From Anaerolinea thermophila (GTDB lineage Bacteria; Chloroflexota; Anaerolineae; Anaerolineales; Anaerolineaceae), in NCBI RefSeq assembly GCF_020723905.1, contig NZ_DYHZ01000007.1, forward strand, positions 41,839 to 105,838: a stretch of 64,000 nucleotides of DNA. The letters are read 5' to 3'. Position numbers and translations under genes: made by a program. The notes beneath the pieces are model-generated. The model saw only the letters and a list, made by a program, of their open reading frames with translations, was not told the origin of the DNA and searched no databases. Every line of letters begins with the position of its first letter. Positions within the stretch are counted from its first letter, which is position 1. Shown here in pieces: positions 47,352 to 56,327 of this stretch.

Positions 47352-48227
47352 TCAGTCATGGTAATAAATTGCCATGTTGCCGAGTACCTTCCAGGAGTTT
47401 TCGAATACCTCAATGGGAACATCGTAAAACGCGCCATTGCTGATATACCGAAGGTGTGTTTTGCTGTAACCCGTGACCAGAACCGCATGCTCGTATGCCG
47501 CCACGATGACGGTGTTGCCTTCTTTGTCGGTATACTCATAAGGCACGCCCCCAACCACATTGCCAATCACCCAGGCAATCACCGGTTGATCGTTTGCCAG
47601 TTCGGCTTTCATTTCCTCTACGGACCAGCCTTTCACCGCGCGTGCGGGAAGACCATAACGGTTTAATAAAGCCGCGACCGGTGGAGCATGGACACCATAT
47701 CCGTAAGGGGGAACCTGTCCCCACGGCGCGTTTACATCGCCTACGAAGCCTTTTTCTGGATTATCCGATCGGGGTAACTCAAACTGAAAGTTGTACTCCG
47801 AGATGGTTACACCAAAGTATGCCGCCCAATCGGTAGCGACCGCCGCTTCACAACTCAATGAAAAATATTGAGGATGTCCGGAAATTTTGCGGATGAAATG
47901 CTCTTCGGGTAGCGCTGGCGGGGGTGGTTCTGTGGCTGTGGCAGTTGGGGTAGGAGATGGAGGAATGGGAGTGGCAGTCGGTGGGATGGGCTGAAAAGGC
48001 GTTGCGGTTTGTGTTGGGCGAGGGGCAAGGGTTGGGGTAGAAAACATTCCCAGTAACGAGGCTCCCGCACCCATTCCGCCCTGCAGGCTTGAACCAGGCA
48101 GGGAACCATTTCCTGCCGGAAATCCCAGAGAAGGTTCGCGGGAAGCCGTTTCCATTCCGGTGCAGGTGGTCAGGAAGAGACATATCAGAACGGAGAGGAA
48201 ACAACGGAATGGGATTGGTTTGGGCAT
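47352..48227 (-). CDS. C39-like cysteine peptidase lipoprotein
   Basis: Lipobox LTTC, Pro/Thr linker, Q..SLSCEAA (Cys), EHAVLVTGY (His). Confidence 0.82.
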   Translation of the reverse strand: MPKPIPFRCFLSVLICLFLTTCTGMETASREPSLGFPAGNGSLPGSSLQGGMGAGASLLGMFSTPTLAPRPTQTATPFQPIPPTATPIPPSPTPTATATEPPPPALPEEHFIRKISGHPQYFSLSCEAAVATDWAAYFGVTISEYNFQFELPRSDNPEKGFVGDVNAPWGQVPPYGYGVHAPPVAALLNRYGLPARAVKGWSVEEMKAELANDQPVIAWVIGNVVGGVPYEYTDKEGNTVIVAAYEHAVLVTGYSKTHLRYISNGAFYDVPIEVFENSWKVLGNMAIYYHD

Positions 48228-48305
48228 ATCCTTCGTGGCGTTCTGAGGAATGAGTTGACCCTTTCATTGTACAGGATTTATCCCGGAGGAGAAGGAAATT
48301 TTTCA

Positions 48306-48334
48306 TTGACAAAACCACCTTTCATGGGTAACAT
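48306..48334 (+). promoter_or_regulatory. his operon promoter
   Basis: TTGACA-17-TAACAT; the predicted TSS is at about 48341-48342. Confidence 0.85.
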
Positions 48335-48341
48335 TGTTGTC

Positions 48342-48410
48342 ATGATGAATATTCGTTTTGCGCTGCATCATCATACCAGCCTCCACGAACCTTTGGGCGG
48401 AGGTCGGTAG
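48342..48410 (+). CDS. hisL: his operon leader peptide MMNIRFALHHHTSLHEPLGGGR
   Basis: A 22-aa ORF with CAT-CAT-CAT plus one CAC, between the promoter and the attenuator terminator. Not in the ORF track. Confidence 0.88.
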   Translation: MMNIRFALHHHTSLHEPLGGGR

Positions 48411-48438
48411 CGCTTACCTGTTATACCCCTGAAAGCAT

Positions 48439-48464
48439 ACCCCCGGTCCGCCGGGGGTTTTTTT
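48439..48464 (+). terminator. Attenuator terminator of the his operon
   Basis: ACCCCCGG-TCCG-CCGGGGGT-TTTTTT. An alternative pairing GGCGGA(48396)/TCCGCC(48447) forms an antiterminator. Confidence 0.9.
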
Positions 48465-48496
48465 ATTCTTGTAAAAAGAAATTGAGGAGTTGATGA

Positions 48497-49513
48497 ATGA
48501 ATGCGAGGCAATCGAATCAAAATGCAGTGAGGCTTTCTTTACCTTCCAAAGGGAGGCTCGCCGAGGATGCGCTGGCTTTTTTACAATCGTGCGGTTTGAG
48601 GGTATATAAACCCAATCCCCGTCAGTATGAAGCCACCATTCCTGCTTTGCCGGATCTGACTGTCCTGTTTCAGCGCCCTGCCGATATTGTGGTGAGTGTA
48701 CGCGATGGCAGTGTGGATTTTGGAATTACCGGTATTGATGTCATCGAAGAGCGCCGGGGAGAGAACGGCAATGTGATGGTGCTCCATGATGCGCTGGGGT
48801 TTGGCGCCTGTGCACTTTGTCTGGCTGTGCCGGAAGCCTGGAGCGGAGTAGAAACTGTGGCGCATTTACGTCAATATGTGGAGCAGTTGGGGCGTCCTCT
48901 TCGGGTTGCCACCAAGTATCCGGTGCTGACCGCCCGGTTTTTGCGCGAGGCTGGTATTTCTCATGTGCTCATCTCCGCAGAGGGGACGCTGGAAACCGCT
49001 CCCGCCATTGGATATGCGGATATGATCTCGGATCTGGTCTCTTCCGGTCAGACTCTGCGAGATAACCGCCTGCGTCCGCTAACCGATGGCGTGATTCAGC
49101 CTTCTCAGGCAGCCCTGATTGCCAATCGTTCCTCACTGCAACGTTCTCCCCAGGCACTGCAAATTGCCCGCCAGTTGCTGGAATACATTGAAGCCTACCT
49201 TCGCGCTCGCGATGAAGTTGCCATTTTTGCCAACATGCGGGGCACCTCGCCCGAGGAACTTGCCGCGCGTATCTTTACCCAACCCACTATTGCCGGTTTG
49301 CAGGGACCAACGATTTCCCGGGTCATTGTGCGTTCAGGAGATCCTAACTGGTATGCGGTTAATGTGATTGTCCCGCGATCGCGTTTATTCCAGGCCATCA
49401 GCGAACTCCGCGCAATTGGCGGAAGCGGCGTTGTGGTGGTGCCGGTCAACTATATTTTTGAAGAAGAACCACCACGTTATACTGCCATGCTCAAATCGCT
49501 GGAAGAATTGTAG
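48497..49513 (+). CDS. hisG: ATP phosphoribosyltransferase (long form)
   Basis: LPSKGRL, DFGITGID, LGFGAC, ATKYP, GTLETAP, DLVSSGQTL, and a C-terminal regulatory domain. Confidence 0.96.
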   Translation: MNARQSNQNAVRLSLPSKGRLAEDALAFLQSCGLRVYKPNPRQYEATIPALPDLTVLFQRPADIVVSVRDGSVDFGITGIDVIEERRGENGNVMVLHDALGFGACALCLAVPEAWSGVETVAHLRQYVEQLGRPLRVATKYPVLTARFLREAGISHVLISAEGTLETAPAIGYADMISDLVSSGQTLRDNRLRPLTDGVIQPSQAALIANRSSLQRSPQALQIARQLLEYIEAYLRARDEVAIFANMRGTSPEELAARIFTQPTIAGLQGPTISRVIVRSGDPNWYAVNVIVPRSRLFQAISELRAIGGSGVVVVPVNYIFEEEPPRYTAMLKSLEEL

Positions 49514-49524
49514 AGGAGGAAGAT

Positions 49525-50847
49525 ATGTTGAGAAAATTAAACGTAGCCGAAGCCCGGGAGACCCTGCTGAAACGGGCTTCACTGGATGAGGTTGAAGTTT
49601 CTCCGGTAGTTCTGGAGCGTACTGCCGGGTTATTGGGTGAGCCTCTTTCGCCGGAGCAAGCCGTGACCCGCATTTTGAAAGATGTGCGCCAGCGCGGGGA
49701 TACTGCCCTGCGGGAGTGGATGCAAAAACTGGATGGCGTGACATTGAACACATTCCGCGTTCCAAAAGAAGATATTCAATCTGCACTTCAGACCCTGAGC
49801 GATGCGCAGTTAAATGCCTTGCGCCTTGCCGCCGAGCGCATTCGCCGGTTTCACCAGGCACAGCCGCTGACTTCCTGGTTAACCCAGTCCCTTGGAGGTA
49901 CACTGGGACAACTGGTGCGCCCCATTCGCCGGGTAGGAGTGTATGTGCCGGCAGGGAGTGCGCCGCTTCCCTCTTCCGTGCTGATGTCTGTCATTCCGGC
50001 ACAGGTTGCCGGTGTGCCGGAGATTGTTGTGGTGGCTCCCCCTGTGCGCCAGACCGGGAAAGTGGATCCTGTCATTCTGGCGGCATGTGCGCTGTGCGGG
50101 GTGGATGAGGTGTATGCGCTGGGAGGCGCGCAAGCCATTGCTGCTCTGGCTTACGGAACTGAAAGCATCCCTCCGGTAGATAAAATTTTCGGCCCCGGCA
50201 ACCTCTTTGTGACTCTGGCAAAAAAGCAGGTCTTTGGGGTGGTGGGCATTGATGGACTGGCGGGACCCACGGAGACAATGGTGATTGCCGATGACTCCGC
50301 TAACCCGGAGTGGGTGGCGGCAGACTTGCTGGCTCAGGCGGAACATGATCCGCTGGCTTCTGCCATTTTGCTGACCCCCTCAGAATCCCTGATTGCTCAG
50401 GTTCAGGAAGCCGTCACCCGTCAATTGCGGGAACGCCAGCGCGCAACTATCATTCAGCAATCACTGGAGTTCCGCAGTGGCGCTGTTCTGACCATTGATC
50501 TGGAAGAAGCCGTGCGCATTGCCAATGAGTTTGCCCCTGAGCATCTGTGTTTGTCGGTACGCGATCCCTGGGCGCTTGTCCCAAAGATTAACGCCGCGGG
50601 TGGCATTTTTGTTGGCGAACACAGTTTCGAAGTCCTTGGGGACTATGTAGCAGGTCCCAGCCATGTCATGCCTACCGGCAGAACTGCCCGCTTTGCTTCT
50701 CCATTGAATGTGTGGGATTTTGTCCATCTGATTCACCTTGTGGCTCTGGATGAAGCCACCACGCAAGAAATTGCCCCGGCAGCATCCGTGATTGCCGAGC
50801 GGGAAGGGTTAGATGCACATGCTTTCTCTGCGAGGTGCCGATGTTAA
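49525..50847 (+). CDS. hisD: Histidinol dehydrogenase
   Basis: GGAQAIAALAYG, GPGN, AGPTE, QAEHD, APEHL, DYVAGPSHVMPT. Confidence 0.97.
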   Translation: MLRKLNVAEARETLLKRASLDEVEVSPVVLERTAGLLGEPLSPEQAVTRILKDVRQRGDTALREWMQKLDGVTLNTFRVPKEDIQSALQTLSDAQLNALRLAAERIRRFHQAQPLTSWLTQSLGGTLGQLVRPIRRVGVYVPAGSAPLPSSVLMSVIPAQVAGVPEIVVVAPPVRQTGKVDPVILAACALCGVDEVYALGGAQAIAALAYGTESIPPVDKIFGPGNLFVTLAKKQVFGVVGIDGLAGPTETMVIADDSANPEWVAADLLAQAEHDPLASAILLTPSESLIAQVQEAVTRQLRERQRATIIQQSLEFRSGAVLTIDLEEAVRIANEFAPEHLCLSVRDPWALVPKINAAGGIFVGEHSFEVLGDYVAGPSHVMPTGRTARFASPLNVWDFVHLIHLVALDEATTQEIAPAASVIAEREGLDAHAFSARCRC

Positions 50848-51941
50848 GAGGCTCTTCCCGCTTCAATGATTTTCCCCCTTATACCCCCATTGAGCCGTAT
50901 GAGGTTCTCTCGGCGCGCATGGGCATCCCGATGGAACGCATTGTCAAACTGGATGCCAACGAGAACCCTTATGGACCCTCGCCAAAGGTGCGGGAAGCGC
51001 TGGCGTCTTTGCCGTTTGTGCATATTTACCCGGACCCTGAAAGCCGTTCCCTGCGTCAGGCGTTGGCGGATTTCACCGGAGTACCTGCGGAAAATCTCAT
51101 GGCAGGGGCAGGCGCTGATGAACTGATTGACCTGATTTTACGGGTCATGATTGAGCCGGGTGATTGTGTGCTGACCTTTCCGCCCACTTTTGGCATGTAT
51201 GCTTTCGATACCCGTCTGAACGCAGGCCAGGTGGTGGAAATTCCCCGCCGGGCAGATTTTTCCATCGACCTTGAACGGGCGCTCGACGCAGTCAGGCGAT
51301 ATCGCCCGCGGGTGATTTTCCTGACTGCGCCTAACAACCCCGATGGGCAACTCCCCCGTTTCGAAGAGGTGGAGGCATTGCTGGCAGGCGATGCTCTGGT
51401 GGTGATTGACGAAGCCTACATCGAATTTGCCAGCGCGGGCGGCAGGCTGGGTGAGCGCTTGAGCCGCATTCGGCAGGTGGTTGAGCGGGAAAATCTGGTT
51501 GTGCTGCGCACCTTCAGCAAATGGGCGGGGCTGGCGGGGTTGCGGGTTGGTTATGGCGCTTTTCCAAACTGGCTCCTGCCAGTGCTGTGGAAAGCCAAAC
51601 AGCCCTATAACGTCAACGTTGCCGCCTCTGCTGCCGCGCTTGCCTCATTGCAGGATCTGGACTATCTGGCGGAAAATGTGGAAAAGATTCGCCAGCAGCG
51701 TCAGGACCTCTTTGAGCAACTATCTGCCGTTTCTTTCCTGCAGCCTGTGCCTTCAGATGCCAATTTCATCCTTTGCAGGGTGGAAGGAAAAGATGCGCGC
51801 GGACTGAAGCAGTCCCTGATGCAAGGGGGAATTTTCATCCGTTATTACGATACCCCTCTCTTGCGGAATTTCATCCGTATTTCTGTCGGACGTCCACAGG
51901 ATCATGAGGTGTTGATGGACGCGCTCCGCCGATTGGCATAA
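50841..51941 (+). CDS. hisC: Histidinol-phosphate aminotransferase
   Basis: KLDANENP, PNNPDG, DEAYIEF, RTFSKWAGLAGLRVGY. ATG 50841 overlaps the hisD stop. Confidence 0.96.
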   Translation: MLRGSSRFNDFPPYTPIEPYEVLSARMGIPMERIVKLDANENPYGPSPKVREALASLPFVHIYPDPESRSLRQALADFTGVPAENLMAGAGADELIDLILRVMIEPGDCVLTFPPTFGMYAFDTRLNAGQVVEIPRRADFSIDLERALDAVRRYRPRVIFLTAPNNPDGQLPRFEEVEALLAGDALVVIDEAYIEFASAGGRLGERLSRIRQVVERENLVVLRTFSKWAGLAGLRVGYGAFPNWLLPVLWKAKQPYNVNVAASAAALASLQDLDYLAENVEKIRQQRQDLFEQLSAVSFLQPVPSDANFILCRVEGKDARGLKQSLMQGGIFIRYYDTPLLRNFIRISVGRPQDHEVLMDALRRLA

Positions 51942-51953
51942 CAGGAGGAACTT

Positions 51954-53096
51954 ATGAAATGTGCCATTGTAGTTTTTGAAGGCTTTTCCAGTCTGGATTT
52001 TTACATGTTCGTAGAGCCGCTTCTTTCCCGCAAAAACACGGCTCTGAAAGCGCTGGATATTTGTGCCCGGGTGGGGGAGGTATACGACTCCAGTGATTTG
52101 CACGTCTTTGCTTCCCGAATTGCTCCGGATTTGTCCGGTTACGATTGGGTGGTCGTCCCCGGCGGGGAAGGGGTCTGGGCGTTGCTCGACAACCCTGCTT
52201 TCCTGCGCTGGTTGGGCACAGCCGCCGATGCCGGGCACATTGTTGCGTTCCGGGAAGGAATTTTGCTGGCATCAGCGGCAGGGTTAATGAGAGGCAAAAC
52301 CGTTGCATCGCTTCCCGGGTGGGAGGAGCGGCTTCGGCAGTCAGGCGCGATTCCCGTGGTGCAATCCAGCACCATGGATGCCGGTTGCCTCACCGCCGTA
52401 GACCGTCAGGCAGTGCTGGCGCTCGGGGAAGCCATTGCCTCGTCCATTGCCCTGAATCAACCTCTCCGTCTGATTCAGGGCGGCTCGGGTGAAGCTGTCT
52501 TCTCCTCACGTGAAGTCACCGTAGAGCGCAAAACGGGCGAGACGCAGGTACAGGTACGCCTGAATCTGGATGGCAGTGGAAAGTGCCAGGTCCAAACCGG
52601 GTTGGGTTTCTTAAACCACATGCTGGAGCAGGTTGCCGTTCACGGTCTGTTTGATCTGACGCTTCAAGCCAGCGGTGACTTGCAGGTTGATCCGCACCAC
52701 ACGGTAGAAGATGTCGCACTTACGTTGGGCATGGCATTTCAGCAAGCCCTGGGGGAACGGAAAGGCATCGTGCGTATGGCATCGTTTACAACACCGATGG
52801 ATGAAAGCCTGGCGTTTGTGGCGCTGGATTTTTCCGGCAGACCATTCTGTGTCTTTGATACCGTCTGGACTGCCCCGGAGGTGGGCGGAATTCCTGTGAC
52901 ATTAATTGAACATTTCTTCCAGAGTTTTGCCCAGATGGCTCGCTGTACCCTGCATGCCCGGGTACAGTATGGAAAAGATAATCATCACAAAGCCGAAGCG
53001 CTTTTCAAAGCCTTTGCCCGGGCATTAACCCAGGCTGTCCAGGTGGATGCCCGGCGTCAGGGTAAAGTGCCCTCCAGTAAGGGGATGCTGGTTTAG
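51954..53096 (+). CDS. hisB: DJ-1/PfpI-like domain fused to imidazoleglycerol-phosphate dehydratase
   Basis: The N-terminal 170 or so residues are DJ-1-like (AIVVFEGF..D, YDWVVVPGG, AGLMRGK). The C-terminus is IGPD (RKTGETQV, FLNHML, HHTVED, PMDE, NHHKAEALFKA). It is one uninterrupted ORF. Confidence 0.92.
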   Translation: MKCAIVVFEGFSSLDFYMFVEPLLSRKNTALKALDICARVGEVYDSSDLHVFASRIAPDLSGYDWVVVPGGEGVWALLDNPAFLRWLGTAADAGHIVAFREGILLASAAGLMRGKTVASLPGWEERLRQSGAIPVVQSSTMDAGCLTAVDRQAVLALGEAIASSIALNQPLRLIQGGSGEAVFSSREVTVERKTGETQVQVRLNLDGSGKCQVQTGLGFLNHMLEQVAVHGLFDLTLQASGDLQVDPHHTVEDVALTLGMAFQQALGERKGIVRMASFTTPMDESLAFVALDFSGRPFCVFDTVWTAPEVGGIPVTLIEHFFQSFAQMARCTLHARVQYGKDNHHKAEALFKAFARALTQAVQVDARRQGKVPSSKGMLV

Positions 53097-53110
53097 GGGA
53101 TGGAGGGACA

Positions 53111-53719
53111 ATGTCCGAAGTCATTCTGATTGACGCGGGAACGGGCAATTTGCGTTCTGTTGCCAATGCCCTGCTCCGCCTGAATGTCTCCCTTCGGGTA
53201 ACCCAGAGCCCTGCCGATTGGAAGGGTCAGCGAGCAGTATTGCCGGGGGTGGGAGCCTTTTCAGCCTTCATGGAGGGTTTACGTCAAAACGGCTGGATTG
53301 AGGTGCTGAATGAACATGTTCAGCGCAGATATCCACTGCTGGGAATTTGCGTAGGGATGCAGGCACTTTTTCAATGGAGTGAGGAGGGCGGACAGGTCGC
53401 CGGACTGGGCTTGTTGCCCGGACAGGTGAAGCGTTTTCCCTCCCTCGAAGGATTGAAAATTCCTCACACCGGCTGGAATCAGTTGCGGTTTTGCCGTCCT
53501 TCGGGTTTGTTTCAAAACCTGACTGAAGGCGAGTATGTGTATTTCAACCATTCTTATTACTGTGTGCCGGAGCGAGAGGAAGATTGCATTGCCCGGACAG
53601 ATTATGGCTTAACCTTTTGCAGCGCAGTGCAGCGAGATGCTCTTTGGGGAGTGCAGTTTCATCCTGAAAAGAGCCAGACCGTTGGTAAACAGATTCTGGA
53701 GAATTTCTTGAGCCTATGA
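53111..53719 (+). CDS. hisH: Imidazole glycerol phosphate synthase, glutaminase subunit
   Basis: LPGVGAF, LGICVGMQ, PHTGWN, YFNHSY, QFHPEKS. Confidence 0.97.
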   Translation: MSEVILIDAGTGNLRSVANALLRLNVSLRVTQSPADWKGQRAVLPGVGAFSAFMEGLRQNGWIEVLNEHVQRRYPLLGICVGMQALFQWSEEGGQVAGLGLLPGQVKRFPSLEGLKIPHTGWNQLRFCRPSGLFQNLTEGEYVYFNHSYYCVPEREEDCIARTDYGLTFCSAVQRDALWGVQFHPEKSQTVGKQILENFLSL

Positions 53720-54465
53720 ACGCATCCTTCACTATTTTTCCCGCCATTGATTTGCGCGCCGGACAGGTGGTGCGGTTGCAAGAAGGCGATCCGGCGCGCC
53801 AAACCGTGTTCAGCCATGATCCTGCAGAAATGGCGTATCGTTTCCTCAGCCAGGGCGCGCGCTGGCTTCACGTGGTCAATCTGGATGGAGCATTTGGTGA
53901 GGAGCGCTCGGCGCGCCAGAATCTGCGTGCCATCGAACAGATGCTGGAAATCACACCGGAATTTTCTGCCAGTTTGCAGACAGGCGGGGGCATGCGTTCG
54001 CTCCAGTCCATCCGAGAGTTGCTCGTCCGTGGCGTTCGGCGGGTTGTGGTTGGAACGATGGCAATGGAACGCCCTGATTTGCTGGAACAAGCCATCCGGG
54101 AATGGGGAGCCGAACGCATTGCCGTCAGCCTGGACGCGCGCGGCGGAATGGTGTATGTACGCGGATGGCAGGAAAGCGGGGGAATTTCAGTTGAAGATGC
54201 TGCCCGTCTCATTCAATCCTGTGGGGTTCGCTGGGTGGTGTTCACCGATATTTCCCGGGATGGTATGCAAACCGGACTGGCGCTGGAGCAGGCGAGCGCT
54301 CTGGCTGACAGGTTTGGTTTTCAGGTGATTGCCTCAGGGGGAGCGCGCAGTCTTGAGGATGTGCGCCAGGCTCGTGAGCGGGGACTGGCTGGGGTAATTC
54401 TCGGGCGCGCGCTTTACGAAGGGGCAATTCTGCTGGAAGAGGTATTGCAGGAGGAAAGATGTTAG
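53716..54465 (+). CDS. hisA: ProFAR isomerase
   Basis: [40 protein letters not shown]. Confidence 0.96.
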   Translation: MNASFTIFPAIDLRAGQVVRLQEGDPARQTVFSHDPAEMAYRFLSQGARWLHVVNLDGAFGEERSARQNLRAIEQMLEITPEFSASLQTGGGMRSLQSIRELLVRGVRRVVVGTMAMERPDLLEQAIREWGAERIAVSLDARGGMVYVRGWQESGGISVEDAARLIQSCGVRWVVFTDISRDGMQTGLALEQASALADRFGFQVIASGGARSLEDVRQARERGLAGVILGRALYEGAILLEEVLQEERC

Positions 54466-55238
54466 CCCGACGCATCATCCCGTGTATGGATATTGCCAAC
54501 GGACGTATTGTCAAGGGGGTGAACTTTGTTAACCTGCGGGATGCCGGAGATCCGGTGGAGCAGGCACAGATCTATGATCAGGCAGGCGCCGATGAACTGG
54601 CGTTTCTGGATATTTCTGCCACGCAGGAAGGGCGGGAAACCGTGCTGGACATGGTGCGCCGTGTTGCCGATGTTGTTTTTTTGCCTTTTACCGTGGGGGG
54701 AGGTATCCGCACGGTGGAAGATGTCCGCCGCATCCTGCTGGCAGGCGCCGATAAAGTGACCATCAACTCTGCGGCAGTGCGCAACCCGGATTTGATCAGC
54801 GAATGCGCCGACCGCTTTGGCAGTCAATGCATTGTTCTGGCGGTGGATGCCCGGCGGGTCACTCCACTCGCGGAGCCCCCCCGCTGGGAGGTGGTGATTC
54901 AGGGAGGGCGCGTGCCCACTGGCAGAGATGTTCTGGAATGGGTTGTAGAAGGGGTGGAACGCGGCGCAGGGGAAATTCTCCTGACCAGCATGGATGCCGA
55001 TGGCACACGTCAGGGGTTCGACCTTTTACTCACCCGCCAGGTGGCTGAAGCAGTCTCCGTGCCGGTCATTGCCTCTGGTGGGGCAGGAGCCATAGAGCAT
55101 TTTGCCCGGGTATTGACCGAAGGCAAAGCGGATGCTGCGCTGGCGGCTTCGCTCTTCCATGATGGGTTTTTGCGCATTCCTGAATTAAAACAAGCCCTGT
55201 GGGAACAGGGTATTCCCGTGCGGAGGGTCCAGGGATGA
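54459..55238 (+). CDS. hisF: Imidazole glycerol phosphate synthase, cyclase subunit
   Basis: [40 protein letters not shown]. Confidence 0.97.
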   Translation: MLARRIIPCMDIANGRIVKGVNFVNLRDAGDPVEQAQIYDQAGADELAFLDISATQEGRETVLDMVRRVADVVFLPFTVGGGIRTVEDVRRILLAGADKVTINSAAVRNPDLISECADRFGSQCIVLAVDARRVTPLAEPPRWEVVIQGGRVPTGRDVLEWVVEGVERGAGEILLTSMDADGTRQGFDLLLTRQVAEAVSVPVIASGGAGAIEHFARVLTEGKADAALAASLFHDGFLRIPELKQALWEQGIPVRRVQG

Positions 55239-55552
55239 AGGAAATTCGTTTCGATGAACGTGGGCTTATCCCTGCTGTTGTGCAGGATGCCCGCACCGGT
55301 CAGGTGTTAACCCTGGCGTACATGAACCGCGAATCGTTGCAGAAGACCCTTGAACTGGGTGAGACGGTGTTCTGGTCGCGCAGTCGCCAGCAATTATGGC
55401 ACAAAGGGGAAACTTCCGGGAACACTCAGCGAGTGGTAAAAATTATGCTGGATTGCGATGGCGATGCGCTACTGGTTCAGGTCATCCCATCGGGACCGGC
55501 ATGTCATACCGGGGCGGTTTCGTGCTTTTTTCAAAATCTGGAGGGAGAATGA
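55235..55552 (+). CDS. hisI: Phosphoribosyl-AMP cyclohydrolase
   Basis: [32 protein letters not shown] 55235 overlaps the hisF stop. Confidence 0.96.
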   Translation: MKEIRFDERGLIPAVVQDARTGQVLTLAYMNRESLQKTLELGETVFWSRSRQQLWHKGETSGNTQRVVKIMLDCDGDALLVQVIPSGPACHTGAVSCFFQNLEGE

Positions 55553-55833
55553 ACATACAGGAACTGTACAGGATTATTTGTGAGCGCCGCGATCACCCTG
55601 TGCCGCAATCCTATACAGCAAAGTTACTGGCGCAGGGGGAAGATGAAATCCTCAAAAAAATTGGGGAAGAAGCCGTCGAGGTGATTCTGGCAGGAAAAGC
55701 CCAGGGAGATCAGCGGTTAATTGAAGAGATTGCCGACCTGACTTACCATACCCTTGTTTTACTGGCAAGCCGGGGACTTACCCCTCAACAGATAGCCAAT
55801 GAACTGGAGAAACGTCATCGGACTCCCCGTTGA
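55549..55833 (+). CDS. hisE: Phosphoribosyl-ATP pyrophosphatase
   Basis: [27 protein letters not shown] 55549. Confidence 0.95.
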   Translation: MNIQELYRIICERRDHPVPQSYTAKLLAQGEDEILKKIGEEAVEVILAGKAQGDQRLIEEIADLTYHTLVLLASRGLTPQQIANELEKRHRTPR

Positions 55834-55858
55834 TGGAGTACCGCATCGGGCAATAAAA

Positions 55859-56029
55859 GACCCCACCGTGCCGTGTGCTGCGAAGTTTTGAACCTGCTTT
55901 CGCAGGTGGGAGCCGCCCCGGTGGCTTTGCCTTGGCCTAAGCCTATCGCATCGCGCCCGTGAGATTGGCTCCCTTTTTATAGGTGTTGGCTCAAAACCGG
56001 TTTTGCGGCATCACGAGCACAGCAGGGCT
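55859..56029 (-). ncRNA. ssrS: 6S RNA
   Basis: The minus strand reads CCCTGCTGTGCTCGTG..TTTGAGCCAACA..GGGAGCC..GGCTCCC-ACCTGCGAAAGCAGGTTCAAAAC..ACACGGCACGGTGGGG. This is a roughly 170-nt rod with a central bubble matching Firmicutes-type 6S. An extended -10 TGTGGTATCTT lies upstream. Confidence 0.88.
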
Positions 56030-56086
56030 GATGTAAAGATACCACAATTTAACGGGTTTGGGTAGGTAAAAATTAAGAGCGTCAAG

Positions 56087-56308
56087 TTACTCTGAGCGAA
56101 TTTCTCCCCGTAAACGCGCTAATTGCAATTCCAGTTCCTCGCGGCGTTTCTGTGCCGCTTCTTCGACTTCGCGCTTGACCTCTTCTACGTATTCACGGGC
56201 TTCTTCGCGAAGTTGTCGCCCAGAAGCCGGGGCTAACAGCAAACCCAGCGCAGCGCCTAAAACCGCGCCGGTTAAAAATCCTAAAACAAGGTTAACTGCT
56301 CGGGACAT
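56087..56308 (-). CDS. YtxH-domain protein
   Basis: GFLTGAVLGAALGLLLAPASGRQLR followed by a coiled coil; GAGGAGG RBS. Confidence 0.92.
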   Translation of the reverse strand: MSRAVNLVLGFLTGAVLGAALGLLLAPASGRQLREEAREYVEEVKREVEEAAQKRREELELQLARLRGEIRSE

Positions 56309-56327
56309 ATGTACCACCTCCTCATTA

